Shown piece by piece: positions 45,530-55,069 of a stretch of 64,000 nt of DNA. The position numbers were made by a program, and so were the translations under genes. Source of the stretch: a virus (Duplodnaviria > Caudoviricetes); the IMG/VR virus record IMGVR_UViG_2823679482_000007, positions 2,113 through 66,112 of that record, one strand, 5' to 3'. The notes below the pieces were generated by a model. That model was given only the letters and a program-made list of their open reading frames with translations. It searched no databases and had not been told where the DNA came from. How positions within the stretch are numbered: position 1 is the first letter of the stretch; each line of letters starts with the position of its first letter.

Positions 45530-46232
45530 TTCGGGGTCTATCTCGTGAAGGGCCGCTGTTTATGCTGGTATCGCATCCATCGGATCCGCCGGTAAGGATA
45601 AGTGGGTTGGTCCTACCACGCCGTTACCTAGCATCGTTGAGATTGGCTCTAACGGCCACGGTCGAACGATGGCTCACATCCTTTGGTGCTTGGCGCGCCA
45701 GACTACCCCTTCGAGATGCGTGTGCGCGGTGACGCGAATCGACACTTTGCGGCCTACCCTCTTCTTCCCGCCGAGCCCACGAGAACAGTCTGGATGCCAG
45801 CACTTACAGGGTAGCGGCGGCGATGAAAGCCCGCGGGAGGCTGGAGAAAGAGTATCCGGGCCCGGGTGCATTCCTTATCGGAGGCATTCTTGCTTCATGC
45901 ACTTAGTGAAACGAAAGGACTTCCGCGAGCCGTTTTTGCGCTCTTTGTCGCAAAATTGGGTTGCATCTTTGAACGTATGCAGTGTATTTTTTGGCTGACG
46001 TGGTAATATTTCCATTATACCGATTGATCCATCTATATACCAGCTCGCCTCGTCAAGTATTCCCATGCAATGCTCAGCATAAGCAGTAATTTCCTCAGGG
46101 GCATGGGGGACCACCGCGCGAGCCGCGTATGCCTCATTTTTTTAGGCAGTCATTTTCTGCTTTTTGATCTTATCTGCATTCGAAAGATTATCACTGTCGC
46201 AGCGGCGCCAAACAAAGCTTATACACAACCGA

Positions 46233-46547
46233 TCAGTGCCTGCCATTGGGAATAAGTCGTACGAACTCATTCCTCAGAACCCCTTTGCTGAGTACGCCGA
46301 AGACTTCTTCGGGTTTGATCCCAGATCCAATCAGGAACCGGAGGAACCGTGCCGCCGTCGGCGGCACCTCTCGCCCGCCCGGCCCTTCCTCGGTGCACCA
46401 CCTTCGGACGGTGCGCCCGTCAACGCCGAGCAGCCGAGCGCCCCCGGCCTGGGCGGGGCCGAGGGCTTCCATGGCCTCTCTCATCTGGGCGGCGCTCATC
46501 GCGTCCGCTGTGCTGCGGACGCTTCCAAGGTCAGACATGGGACTCAC
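46233..46547 (-). CDS. HTH DNA-binding protein
   Basis: AQAGGARLLGVDGRTVRRW helix-turn-helix; VPPTAARFLRFL. Confidence 0.7.
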   Translation of the reverse strand: MSPMSDLGSVRSTADAMSAAQMREAMEALGPAQAGGARLLGVDGRTVRRWCTEEGPGGREVPPTAARFLRFLIGSGIKPEEVFGVLSKGVLRNEFVRLIPNGRH

Positions 46548-46606
46548 TCCAAGTGGAAGTCCTATTCAGTCAAGACTTACAACGGCCATTGGTCCTACTT
46601 TACTCA

Positions 46607-47266
46607 CTACTCCCGCGTCGTCCGAATGTGCTGTCGATCCGCCCCGGTCGCGGTGTAGAGCGCCTCGGTCAGATCCTTCAGCCGCTCCCGGAAGCGGGCG
46701 CCCACCTTGTTGATCTGCGCCTCGGTGGCTCCGATCCCGGCATAGGTGGAGAAGCTGTGCCCCTCGACGAGGAAGCGCTTCAGTACCGCGATACCTGTCC
46801 AACCGATGGCGGCGGCGATCCGGTCGTTGAAGGCGACGACCTTTGCGGCGTCGTTGAGCGCGTAGATGATCGACAGCTCGTGCGCGACGGTCTGGTCCCG
46901 CGAGCCCGACGGGTCGAAGCCGCGCCGGCCCATGCGGGCACCGGCCTGCTTCTCCCAGGCCTCCTGACACAGCCGCCCGACGAGGAACTCGGCTTCGGTC
47001 AGGCGCCCGGTCGAGCGCTCCCGCGCCAGCACATCGACGTGCCGGTTCACGGTGACGGCGATGCGCTCGTTCGCATTGTACGGGCAGGGCACCACGCGAT
47101 TGCCCGGCACCACCGCGCGATCACGGGCGAGGCGCGGGGCAGGACGACGCGAGGAAACCGCGCGGCGGCTCTTCTTGCTAGCGGAGATCGAGATAGACGA
47201 AGTGGCGACGGACACGAGCCAGACCTCGGAAGGAGCGCAACCGGTCTGGGCGCTCGGTAGGATCAT
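46607..47266 (-). CDS. DUF6456-like protein; candidate late-gene regulator
   Basis: L...GRLTEAEFL.GR...W..., C-terminal G.S.S.YAG HTH-like; occupies the lambdoid Q position at the end of the early right operon. Confidence 0.6.
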   Translation of the reverse strand: MILPSAQTGCAPSEVWLVSVATSSISISASKKSRRAVSSRRPAPRLARDRAVVPGNRVVPCPYNANERIAVTVNRHVDVLARERSTGRLTEAEFLVGRLCQEAWEKQAGARMGRRGFDPSGSRDQTVAHELSIIYALNDAAKVVAFNDRIAAAIGWTGIAVLKRFLVEGHSFSTYAGIGATEAQINKVGARFRERLKDLTEALYTATGADRQHIRTTRE

Positions 47267-47513
47267 GGGTCGATTTTCCGTTTCCTCACAGTCAAGAGGA
47301 ATATTAACGCCGCGTCACTGCTTCAGGTCGCAATTTTTGCCGAAGCGCTCTGCTTGCCTGGGGCACGACCACCGCGACCTTCAACCGCCGACAGCCGCGG
47401 CCCACTGAAACGGCAGCATTGACCTGAATATGCAACTAGACTGAGATGTTTGACGTTAACGCCAAATTATAGAAATCAAACATAATAAGACTCCATGCCG
47501 TCGCGTAATTGCT

Positions 47514-47876
47514 ATGCTCGAAATACAAAATCGCGCCTCTGAGCGGACCAATGTAAATTGGATCTCAATCATACGCTTGCCCAATGGTGCAGAGGTGCCT
47601 TGCTCGATAAAGGATGTATCTTCGTCGGGAATGAAAGTGGCATTGCCGTCGGACGTAGCGATACCCGATACATTCAACATTCGAGTCGTCGGTCGGGATC
47701 TGATCTTTAACGTGCAGCAGGCTTGGCGCCGAGGCCACTTCGTCGGGCTGACCATATTGAAAATCGGTAAGCTGCCTGCGCCTAAGCAGGAGCCTGACCC
47801 TGGTGCCGCAGTTGGCACGAACACGTCTGACTACAAGCGCATCGGTGCCCGCCGGAACTTCCGCTCTCGCGATTAG
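47514..47876 (+). CDS. Stand-alone PilZ domain protein (c-di-GMP receptor)
   Basis: RASER (RxxxR) and DVSSSG (D/NxSxxG); WRRGHFVGL; opposite strand, AT-rich upstream. Confidence 0.88.
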   Translation: MLEIQNRASERTNVNWISIIRLPNGAEVPCSIKDVSSSGMKVALPSDVAIPDTFNIRVVGRDLIFNVQQAWRRGHFVGLTILKIGKLPAPKQEPDPGAAVGTNTSDYKRIGARRNFRSRD

Positions 47877-47885
47877 CTCAGGCAA

Positions 47886-48296
47886 TCAACCTGATGCCGC
47901 AGTGCCGGGGCGTACCTGATTTTTCGCCGCAGCGATGCGCTCGCAGGCCTTGATGCGGCGCCGGTCGAAGGTGGCGCGCGACCACCTGGTGCGCCGGCAG
48001 AACTCGGCGATCGATCCGCCGACTTCCCCGTGCGTCGCCATCGAGCGCGCCCAGAGGAGCACTACCTGCCGATCCTCGCTCTTGTCGCCGAGCACGGTGC
48101 CGGAGAAGGCGACGATGTCGAAGGTCGCGTCTGGCACGTCGCCGGCCGCCGCTTGGAGGGTGTTGCCGCGCGGGGCATAGATCGGCGTCGAAGGCATCGC
48201 GCGGAAGGCCGCCTTCAGCCAGCGCTCCACGTCCGCGCGGGTCCAAGGGACAGCGGGAGGCTGTGGCGGGTCAGGTCCTTCCGGCAATGCGAGCAT
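47886..48296 (-). CDS. DUF6362-like phage protein
   Basis: WTRADVERWLKAAFR...VLLWA...SRATFDRRR..A. Confidence 0.55.
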   Translation of the reverse strand: MLALPEGPDPPQPPAVPWTRADVERWLKAAFRAMPSTPIYAPRGNTLQAAAGDVPDATFDIVAFSGTVLGDKSEDRQVVLLWARSMATHGEVGGSIAEFCRRTRWSRATFDRRRIKACERIAAAKNQVRPGTAASG

Positions 48297-48760
48297 CAGG
48301 TTCCGGCTGTGATTCCCTTACCGGCCTTCGCCGGCCATTTCCGGCGCCGATGCGGCAGGCCGGAGGAACGGGCGATTTCCGATCGGCGCTCCGAGTAGCT
48401 CGGTGCCACCATGGGATAGTCTGCCGGCAAGCCGTAGCGGGCACGGTAGCTGTCGGGATCGAACCCATGCCGACGAAGGTGCCGCTTCAGCATCATGTAC
48501 GGCGCGCCGTCGATGAACGAGATCAATCCCTCGGGCGAAATCGATCGCCTGATTTGTGTAGCCGTTGGCCCCTGATCCTTCGGCGCCGCATGAGCTTCCG
48601 GTTCCGCCTTCAATCCAGCCAGCGCCGAGTATGTCCCCTGAATAAGTCCAGGCAAATCGGCCGCACCCAACGTATGGTTTCGCACGTAGGCCGAAGCAAC
48701 CATGATCGTTAGATCGATAGGCGTAGTCGAAATAACGAACGAATATGAGTTTCTAATCAA
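48296..48760 (-). CDS. mucR: MucR/Ros-family nucleoid-associated regulator (Cys-less finger)
   Basis: IMVASAYVRNH..AADLPGLI..Y.AL, IRRSISPEGLISFIDG.PY..LKRHL, YRARYGLPADYPMVAPSYSERRSEIA. Confidence 0.92.
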   Translation of the reverse strand: MIRNSYSFVISTTPIDLTIMVASAYVRNHTLGAADLPGLIQGTYSALAGLKAEPEAHAAPKDQGPTATQIRRSISPEGLISFIDGAPYMMLKRHLRRHGFDPDSYRARYGLPADYPMVAPSYSERRSEIARSSGLPHRRRKWPAKAGKGITAGT

Positions 48761-48866
48761 AGTTGTACTCCTATTTTCCCGTGACCATCAATTAGAACCT
48801 TAGATATCTTGCGCAAATATTATCTATCCCCCGAACGGGGGCGTCCTACGTCGAGAGGAGGCACGC

Positions 48867-49289
48867 TCATCTCCCGAACATCCAGATCGGCATGCATTCG
48901 GCGGGGGTGGTCAGGGGCCGGTGATCGACGACGACAGAGCCGCCGATGCGATCGAGTTGGATCTCGCGCTCGCACAGGGCGATGCAGCGGCGCGGATAGA
49001 CGGTGACCATCGTGCCGGTGCAGTCGGCGCGTGAGGCGCCCGCAAGCCGGTGGACGCCGAACAGCGCTTCCGTGCTCCATCCGAACTCGGCGGCGGCCTC
49101 GCCCCAATCGTCGAGGAAGGCGAGCATCGCCTTCCGGAGAGAGCGCCAGACGCCGGAGCGTCCGGCCGGACCCCGCTCGGTCCAGATCATGCCGGGGCAG
49201 GGCACTTGGTCGTCCGGCAAGCTGAGCACGCCGGCCCGCCAGGAGGCGACGAGGCGGGCGGAATCGGTGAGAGCGAGGGCGGCGCTCAT
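48867..49289 (-). CDS. Hypothetical phage protein
   Basis: FLDDWG..A...GWS...LFG motif; coupled to the upstream gene. Confidence 0.6.
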   Translation of the reverse strand: MSAALALTDSARLVASWRAGVLSLPDDQVPCPGMIWTERGPAGRSGVWRSLRKAMLAFLDDWGEAAAEFGWSTEALFGVHRLAGASRADCTGTMVTVYPRRCIALCEREIQLDRIGGSVVVDHRPLTTPAECMPIWMFGR

Positions 49290-50032
49290 GCTACCCGCTC
49301 CTTCTGGGCCGACGCCTTGGCATTGAGCCGCGCGTGGAGCTGCGCGAGCGAGCCGACGGCGACCTCGCGGAACTTGGCGCCGTGCTCGTGCAGCACGTCC
49401 TCGCGCGCCGCAGCGACGGCTTCCGGCGTCGGACGAGGGCGACCCGGCTCCATCTCGCCTCCCCGGTTCAGCCACGCCGCCGCCGCGGCCTGGACTTTGG
49501 CCCGGTCCTCGTCCGACGGCGGCACGTAGACCTCCGCCTCGAGGATCTGCCGGATGTGGACGAGTTTCGCCCGCAGAGGGATCAGCCCTTGCCGGGCCTC
49601 GTCCGCGAATTGCGCTGGCGACGGGCGCCAAGCCGGGTCCCAACGCAGGATCGTCGTCTTGTCGCGAAACCGGCTGGCGGCGGCCTGGATGACCGCCAGC
49701 GGCAGTCCTTCCAGCGCCTCGACGTACTCGGCGACGAGGAGCGCGTTCTCGGCACCGCCACGGCCGCGCCCCTGCTCGAACCCGAGCAGGATGCGGGCGA
49801 CCACCGTATCGACGTGAGCCCGCACCCGGCAGGGCTTCAACTCGGCCTCAACCCGCTCGGCGACGGCGGATAGCGCTCGACGCTCGGCTGTCGTAGCCGC
49901 CTTGTCCTGCGGCACGCAGAACCGCGTCGGCTGGCCGTCCACCGGAACCAGCCTGCCACGGAGTTCCGTAATCCGATCCTCGGCTTGCGCCAGCATCGGG
50001 GTCGTTAGCGTCGATGGAAGGCGGCTCGACAT
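49286..50032 (-). CDS. Replication accessory (helicase-loader/P-like) protein
   Basis: Y.EAL..LPL..I..A..RF....W.PSPAQF; follows the initiator. Confidence 0.6.
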   Translation of the reverse strand: MSSRLPSTLTTPMLAQAEDRITELRGRLVPVDGQPTRFCVPQDKAATTAERRALSAVAERVEAELKPCRVRAHVDTVVARILLGFEQGRGRGGAENALLVAEYVEALEGLPLAVIQAAASRFRDKTTILRWDPAWRPSPAQFADEARQGLIPLRAKLVHIRQILEAEVYVPPSDEDRAKVQAAAAAWLNRGGEMEPGRPRPTPEAVAAAREDVLHEHGAKFREVAVGSLAQLHARLNAKASAQKERVA

Positions 50033-50810
50033 CGAAGGCTCCCGTCAGGGATTGCTCGTAATTGCGGATGATGTGGGCGGCTAAGCCGGTGGGGGCGGAG
50101 GAGCCCGGCGGCCCGCGGTGGCCTCCGGGCAGAGGCGCGCGGCTGCCAGGATCAGCCGTGCGGTAGGGCGAGCGGCACCATCGCCGCCACGAGGCGCGCC
50201 AGTCGGCGGAGCGGGTATCGTTCGCGAGGCAGGTATCAACGAACTGCGCGGCCTCGCGCCGGATCGCTTCACGGCTGACGCCTTCGGTGATCGCTGCGTC
50301 GATATCCCTGGCGTCAGGCTGCCAGTCGGGATCGATCGGCGTTTTCACGACCTGGTCGCGCGGGGAGAGGGCCCCATGATCCGAACGAAGTGAGGATCTT
50401 ATAGGGTTAGGGTTAGGAGCTTTTCGCTGGGTTAAGCTGTCGGAACCCGTTGGGTTATCCGGATCGTTGTTTTCCAACGACTTAGGACGGCCGCCGTGCT
50501 TCCCATTGAGCCGCGCAGCATCAGCACGTTTGCTGACGATGTCCCGCTCTTGTGTGAGCCGCTTCTGCGTCCAGAACCCGTCGCGCAGGGTCCAGAACTC
50601 CATGACGGCGGGCTTCACCCGGCTCCAAGTGCGACGGTCAACACGGGCCCAGCGGGCGAGCTTGTCGTCGTCGTCGGGCAGCCGGCACTCGGGGGAACGC
50701 CAAGCCACCATCAGCAGCATCAGGTACGCGCCGGTCTGCTGAGCGTTCAGATGCCCGGTGTCCGCGATGAACGCGTCGGTGAAGAGGGGGAGGGAGGGAA
50801 AGGCGCTCAT
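49848..50810 (-). CDS. Replication initiator, DUF1376/YdaU family
   Basis: PSLPLFTDAFIADTGHL....GAYLMLLM.AW...LPDDD..LAR; C-terminal PDWQP...F.D...DW.ASWRRW. Confidence 0.85.
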   Translation of the reverse strand: MSAFPSLPLFTDAFIADTGHLNAQQTGAYLMLLMVAWRSPECRLPDDDDKLARWARVDRRTWSRVKPAVMEFWTLRDGFWTQKRLTQERDIVSKRADAARLNGKHGGRPKSLENNDPDNPTGSDSLTQRKAPNPNPIRSSLRSDHGALSPRDQVVKTPIDPDWQPDARDIDAAITEGVSREAIRREAAQFVDTCLANDTRSADWRASWRRWCRSPYRTADPGSRAPLPGGHRGPPGSSAPTGLAAHIIRNYEQSLTGAFDVEPPSIDANDPDAGASRGSDYGTPWQAGSGGRPADAVLRAAGQGGYDSRASSAIRRRRAG

Positions 50811-51244
50811 AATGACAGGCTCCCGGCCTGTTGCCGCCAATCGATCTCGTCGGTGTTCCCCTTGCCGAGATTGCAGTCGGCGCAGAGGACCTGGAGGTTC
50901 GAGAGGGTGAAGGCGAGATCCGGCCGGCGGGAGCGCGGCCGGATGTGATCGACTTGAAGCGGGCGCCCAGGAGCAGGGCCCGCGCCGCAGCACTCGCAGA
51001 CGCCGCGGCTACGGCGCAGGGCTTGGTAGCGGACGACCCGCCACGCATCGGAATCGTAGAAGCTATCCGGCCGGGGGCGGCGAGCGGCCACGACCGCCAG
51101 TGCGCGCGGGCTGGGCGCCCCTGCCATCCTGACAGCGTGCGGGGCCGTGCGGGCGCCGCGCTTGCCTGCGCAGGTTACGTTCGGCGGTGAGCCGCACTTC
51201 GGGCAGGTGACGAGGAGGGCAAGGCGGCGGCGATCTGATCCCAT
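50807..51244 (-). CDS. HNH endonuclease with an N-terminal zinc-finger
   Basis: CECCG..LQVDHIRPR...SNLQVLCADCNLGK. Confidence 0.88.
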   Translation of the reverse strand: MGSDRRRLALLVTCPKCGSPPNVTCAGKRGARTAPHAVRMAGAPSPRALAVVAARRPRPDSFYDSDAWRVVRYQALRRSRGVCECCGAGPAPGRPLQVDHIRPRSRRPDLAFTLSNLQVLCADCNLGKGNTDEIDWRQQAGSLSL

Positions 51245-51248
51245 CGCC

Positions 51249-51857
51249 CTACTCCGCAGCCAGCAGCATCGGCGCGGGCTCGGCCGGCGTCGGATCGAAC
51301 TTGGTCGCTTGGTTGCCGAAGGTGTCCCAGCCCGGCCGGGAGGCACGAGCGAACACCTCCAGGAAAGGGCCGGGGATCCGAGCCTCGATTTCCTCGTGCA
51401 GGTTCGGCGGCTTGCGGGAGTGCTCTCGCCGCGGCGTCATCCAGACGCCGGAGAACGGGTTGCCCTTGATGCTGTGCGGACGCCCAGCCTTGAGGATCAC
51501 CACGTATTCGGCGTTCCCCATGACCTCGAAGCCGGTGCCGCGGGCGACCGACGAGGCATAGACGAACAGTCCCGGCTCCGTTGGCCAGAGCTTGATCCAG
51601 GGGATGGCCGACGAGTAGCGGAGCCGCCACGCACGGGCGATCTCGGGGATGCGGTGCAGGAGCGGCGCGGTGATCCAGAGGAACACGCGCCCGCCCTCGG
51701 GGCGCAGCAGGTCGCGCATCGGCAGCGCCTTCACCTCGGCGAGCGTCATGCGGTCGTAGTGCTGCGGGCGGCTCTTGGTGCCGCCAGAGAAACGCCACGG
51801 CGGATCGATGACGACCGCCTCGTAATGGCGCTGTGGGAGGCCGACGAAGGGGCTCAT
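51249..51857 (-). CDS. MT-A70 family adenine methyltransferase
   Basis: IDPPW, FLWIT, REHSRKP, LEVFAR..RPGWDTFGNQ. Confidence 0.92.
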   Translation of the reverse strand: MSPFVGLPQRHYEAVVIDPPWRFSGGTKSRPQHYDRMTLAEVKALPMRDLLRPEGGRVFLWITAPLLHRIPEIARAWRLRYSSAIPWIKLWPTEPGLFVYASSVARGTGFEVMGNAEYVVILKAGRPHSIKGNPFSGVWMTPRREHSRKPPNLHEEIEARIPGPFLEVFARASRPGWDTFGNQATKFDPTPAEPAPMLLAAE

Positions 51858-52210
51858 GCCGCGAGCCTCCGCGCCTGCGGGCGGACGATGCGCCACTGCT
51901 CCAGCACTGCGATCGGCTCATCCCGGCTGCGGGTCAGCACGCAGGGGATGCCGAGGCGCTCGCAGCGCTCCCGGAAGGTGGCCTGCACATCGCTGTCGAC
52001 GCCGCGCGTAGTCTTCAGTTCGATGAAGCCGACGCGGACGAGGCCGCCCAGCACCAGGAGGTCGGAGAGGCCAGCGGTCAGGCCGGCTTGCCCGAGGGCG
52101 CCCGCGTTCGGGATCGCGGCGACGAGCGTGTCCGGCAGGCCGAGCGCCTCCCAATGCTCGATAACGGCGGCCTGGATGGCGGACTCGCGGATGACGGGGC
52201 GGCGGGCCAT
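51854..52210 (-). CDS. VRR-NUC domain nuclease
   Basis: ESAIQ..., AGLSDLLVL, FIELKT..G..S..Q..F. Confidence 0.8.
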   Translation of the reverse strand: MARRPVIRESAIQAAVIEHWEALGLPDTLVAAIPNAGALGQAGLTAGLSDLLVLGGLVRVGFIELKTTRGVDSDVQATFRERCERLGIPCVLTRSRDEPIAVLEQWRIVRPQARRLAA

Positions 52211-52213
52211 GGT

Positions 52214-52735
52214 TCAGCGCCGCGCCGCGATCGCGTCTTCGATATCGGTCTGCCGCGGGATCTGGATCGACATGCGCATGCCATCCCGCTCGAAGGACGC
52301 GACCGTGCCCTTCTTCCTCTCTGCATCCGTCACCGGGACCGGCGTGCCGAGCGCCTGCACTGCCTTACGCATCGACGGAGCGGACGCAGCACGGCGGGCA
52401 ACGGCATCCACCCTGCCGCGGCCGAAATCGCGCTCAGCAGCAGCGCGCCCGAGCGGCGTGTCCGCCAGCATGCCGAGCGCCTGCATGTAGAGTTCGAGGA
52501 TCGCCTCCTCTTCCATGCGCTCGTCGTAATCGCGCTTGCGCATGGCGATGATCTTGCGAATGACCTTCGTGTCGAAGCCGTTCGCCTTGGCTTCCGCGTA
52601 GACGTCCTTCACGTCGCCCGCGATACCGGCCTTCTCTTCTTCGAGCCGTTCAATACGCTCGATGATGGTTTTCAGTTGATCCGCAGCAACCGAGGACGGA
52701 TCGACTTGCGGGGCGGGCGCACCTCTGGCATTCAT
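52214..52735 (-). CDS. GapR-like (DUF2312/UPF0335) nucleoid protein with a C-terminal extension
   Basis: [45 protein letters not shown]. Confidence 0.92.
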   Translation of the reverse strand: MNARGAPAPQVDPSSVAADQLKTIIERIERLEEEKAGIAGDVKDVYAEAKANGFDTKVIRKIIAMRKRDYDERMEEEAILELYMQALGMLADTPLGRAAAERDFGRGRVDAVARRAASAPSMRKAVQALGTPVPVTDAERKKGTVASFERDGMRMSIQIPRQTDIEDAIAARR

Positions 52736-52805
52736 TTGGCTCACCTTTGAATCGGCTGTGACACCGCCCGGCACCCGCTCCCCAGCAGGCCGGGCGGTTC
52801 GCGTT

Positions 52806-53114
52806 TCAGGGGGTCTGCGGGTAGCCGCTCGACCGGTACGGGCCGGGCCGGTCATCGACGACGCGACCGCGGAAGACGCCGGGGCCGTCAGGGGCCGGAA
52901 GGTCCGTGGACGGTAGATCCGTCGCCGCACCGGCCCGCAGGCGCTCCTCGGCCTGCGTCAGCCCGATCAGCGCGTACCGCCGGCAGTTCACGAGGCTCCT
53001 CGCCGCCGGAGTTGCATGGTCCCGCAGCAGGTCGTTCCGACGCACGATCTCGGTGCGCACGGTGTCGATCAGGTCGGCGAGGCCGGCATCGGTCAGGTCG
53101 GCGAGGGCGCTCAT
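52806..53114 (-). CDS. Hypothetical protein
   Basis: Operon position; SALADL/AGLADL repeat. Confidence 0.55.
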   Translation of the reverse strand: MSALADLTDAGLADLIDTVRTEIVRRNDLLRDHATPAARSLVNCRRYALIGLTQAEERLRAGAATDLPSTDLPAPDGPGVFRGRVVDDRPGPYRSSGYPQTP

Positions 53115-53116
53115 GG

Positions 53117-53464
53117 TCAGGCGACCTGCACAGCGTCGTGCTGGCCGCGGGCTGCAGCCGCTTCGTCGGCAAGCCGCTCGCGGAGCAGGTAGCCCTCGAA
53201 GGCCCAGATCTTCTCGCGGGCGTTCTTCCGCGCGATCTGGCGGCCGATCACCTCGTCGAAGTTCTCGACGCTGGCCGAGGCGCTCTCACCGGTGACGTTG
53301 AAGCCGTTGCGCAGAGTGAGTGCGCAGACCGTCAGCGTCGTGCCAGGGAAGACATGGTAGGCTTCGGCCACGATGCATGCATCGATCGCGGCAGGCGTCA
53401 GGCGCGGGGCGTTGAGCCCCTTCGCCTTCAGCTCGGCTTCCAAGTTGATTTCGTCTTGCGACAT
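53117..53464 (-). CDS. Gp49/Sf6-gp66 family protein
   Basis: PRLTP..ID..I....YH.F.GTT.TVC.LTL.NGF.V.GESAS.S.ENFD..IGR.IAR.NA..KIW..EGYLL. Confidence 0.85.
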   Translation of the reverse strand: MSQDEINLEAELKAKGLNAPRLTPAAIDACIVAEAYHVFPGTTLTVCALTLRNGFNVTGESASASVENFDEVIGRQIARKNAREKIWAFEGYLLRERLADEAAAARGQHDAVQVA

Positions 53465-53487
53465 GCTTCTCTCCTCTCGCTCAGCGG

Positions 53488-54009
53488 CTACGGCCGCGGC
53501 TCCATCGCCCCGAACAGGGGCAGCTCGGTCAGGTCACCCGAGGCCTTCGCGCGGAGGCGAGGCGCTGCAGCAGGCGACGCGACAGGTGCTGATGCGGGCG
53601 CGACTCGCGCACTGACCGCAGGCGCTTCCGCAGCCGACGGCGATCCGCCCAGGCGCGCAGACGTCGGGCGATCTCCTCGAAGAGCCGCATCCAGTTCCCT
53701 CCGGAGTTTTTGGTTCTCGGCCTCGATGGCGTCGGTGCCGTCGGCAATGTGCTTGCAGAGCCGCTCGTAGGCGGCGCGGATGTTGAGCGCGTCGTGCAGG
53801 CCGACCGTCACGTCCGGGGCGCGTCCGAGCACCTTCCGGATCCAGGTCGGCGAGCGCCCGAGTTTCGAGCCGAGGGACTCGTAGGCGCGCATCCGCGAGC
53901 CCAGCGTCCGCTCTTTCACAGCGATGATGGACGCGAGATCCGGACGGATCTGCTCCAATGCTTGTTCGGCCGTCATCATTGCGCGGCCACTCCCCGACTT
54001 TGACCGCAT
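53488..54009 (-). CDS. HTH-containing early regulator (cII position)
   Basis: AYESLGSKLGRSPTWIRKVLG; SD ggaggg. Confidence 0.6.
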   Translation of the reverse strand: MRSKSGSGRAMMTAEQALEQIRPDLASIIAVKERTLGSRMRAYESLGSKLGRSPTWIRKVLGRAPDVTVGLHDALNIRAAYERLCKHIADGTDAIEAENQKLRRELDAALRGDRPTSARLGGSPSAAEAPAVSARVAPASAPVASPAAAPRLRAKASGDLTELPLFGAMEPRP

Positions 54010-55069
54010 TCGGTCAGCCCTCCGTGCTTCAAGAAGATCGAAGCAACGGAGCGCGTCAGATGCGGGAGGTGAGAGGAAGACGCAGGTACGCAGACAGGTG
54101 CGCGACGGCCGACAGCTTGCAGGCGGAGGCGGGCGCGCGAGTAGAAAAGACGACACAGGAGAAGGACCGCTCCCGCGGGAACGGGAGCGGCCAAGTCCTT
54201 GGGAGGAACCCCCGTCACGGGGGCGTCGGCCGCGGGGCGGCGGCGGACTTCGGAGGCGCCGCGGGAACGGCGCGAGGGGAGAGCGCGACGGGCATTCGGG
54301 GGCTTAAGCGCACCCGCCGCGCACGGGAGGCCAAAGCTGCCCGATGGGATAACGAAAACTTGATAGGGAACAGGTTTGTATGTCGTGAGATTATTTACCT
54401 CTGCGGCGTTTGCTGACGTGGCTTTATAAAAGCAGGATACGATCCAACAAATGGCCTGCAGGTATTTGAGAGAATTGTTCTCGTCTATCGCCGAAATGCG
54501 TATAACTGCTACGTACGAAGAAAAAGAGCAGATGTATATTTTTCTAGACGATCTGCTTCGACGGGCAAAGACGGCATCTGCCGACAAAGTTTCAATCAAA
54601 GCTATCGAAGAAACGCACAGAGTTGCGGGCCTCATCGTCTCGGCGGATCGACCGGACAGCCGCGTGCACTGAGAAAGAACGCTCACGACGCGATCCTTCC
54701 AGCGAGCCAGCACAGACCAGCCGGGGCCGCATCGACCACGCCGACAGCGAGCGAGAACGAGCAGCCGATGGCCGAGGCGCGGGCGAACCCGGCCAGGGCG
54801 ACGACGGTGAATGCGGTTGCGAGCGCGGCCATGTCAGGCGCTCCCCGCGATCGGGAGCAGCCACAGAGCCAGCACGCCGCGAGGGGACGCGATGCGCCAG
54901 CCTTCGACACCAGCGCAGCCGCAGGACCCGAAGAACACGACGAGCATCGAGCCGTCGTCTTTGAACCGGGCACGGACGCGGATGCGCGCTGGACGACCGG
55001 TAAGATCGGGGCGCGGACCAACGCCGGAGCACGGCGTGGGCTGAGAGGGCTGGGCGTCGAGGGCGCGCA

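Noticed and set aside
46233-46547. Complete toxin-antitoxin pair
   Set aside because: An HTH gene is present but no recognisable toxin is adjacent; downstream frames are fragmented.
41681-50810. Phage-plasmid lifestyle
   Set aside because: A Cre-like gene is present, but there is no ParA/ParB or plasmid Rep, and the element has an att site and a cognate integrase.
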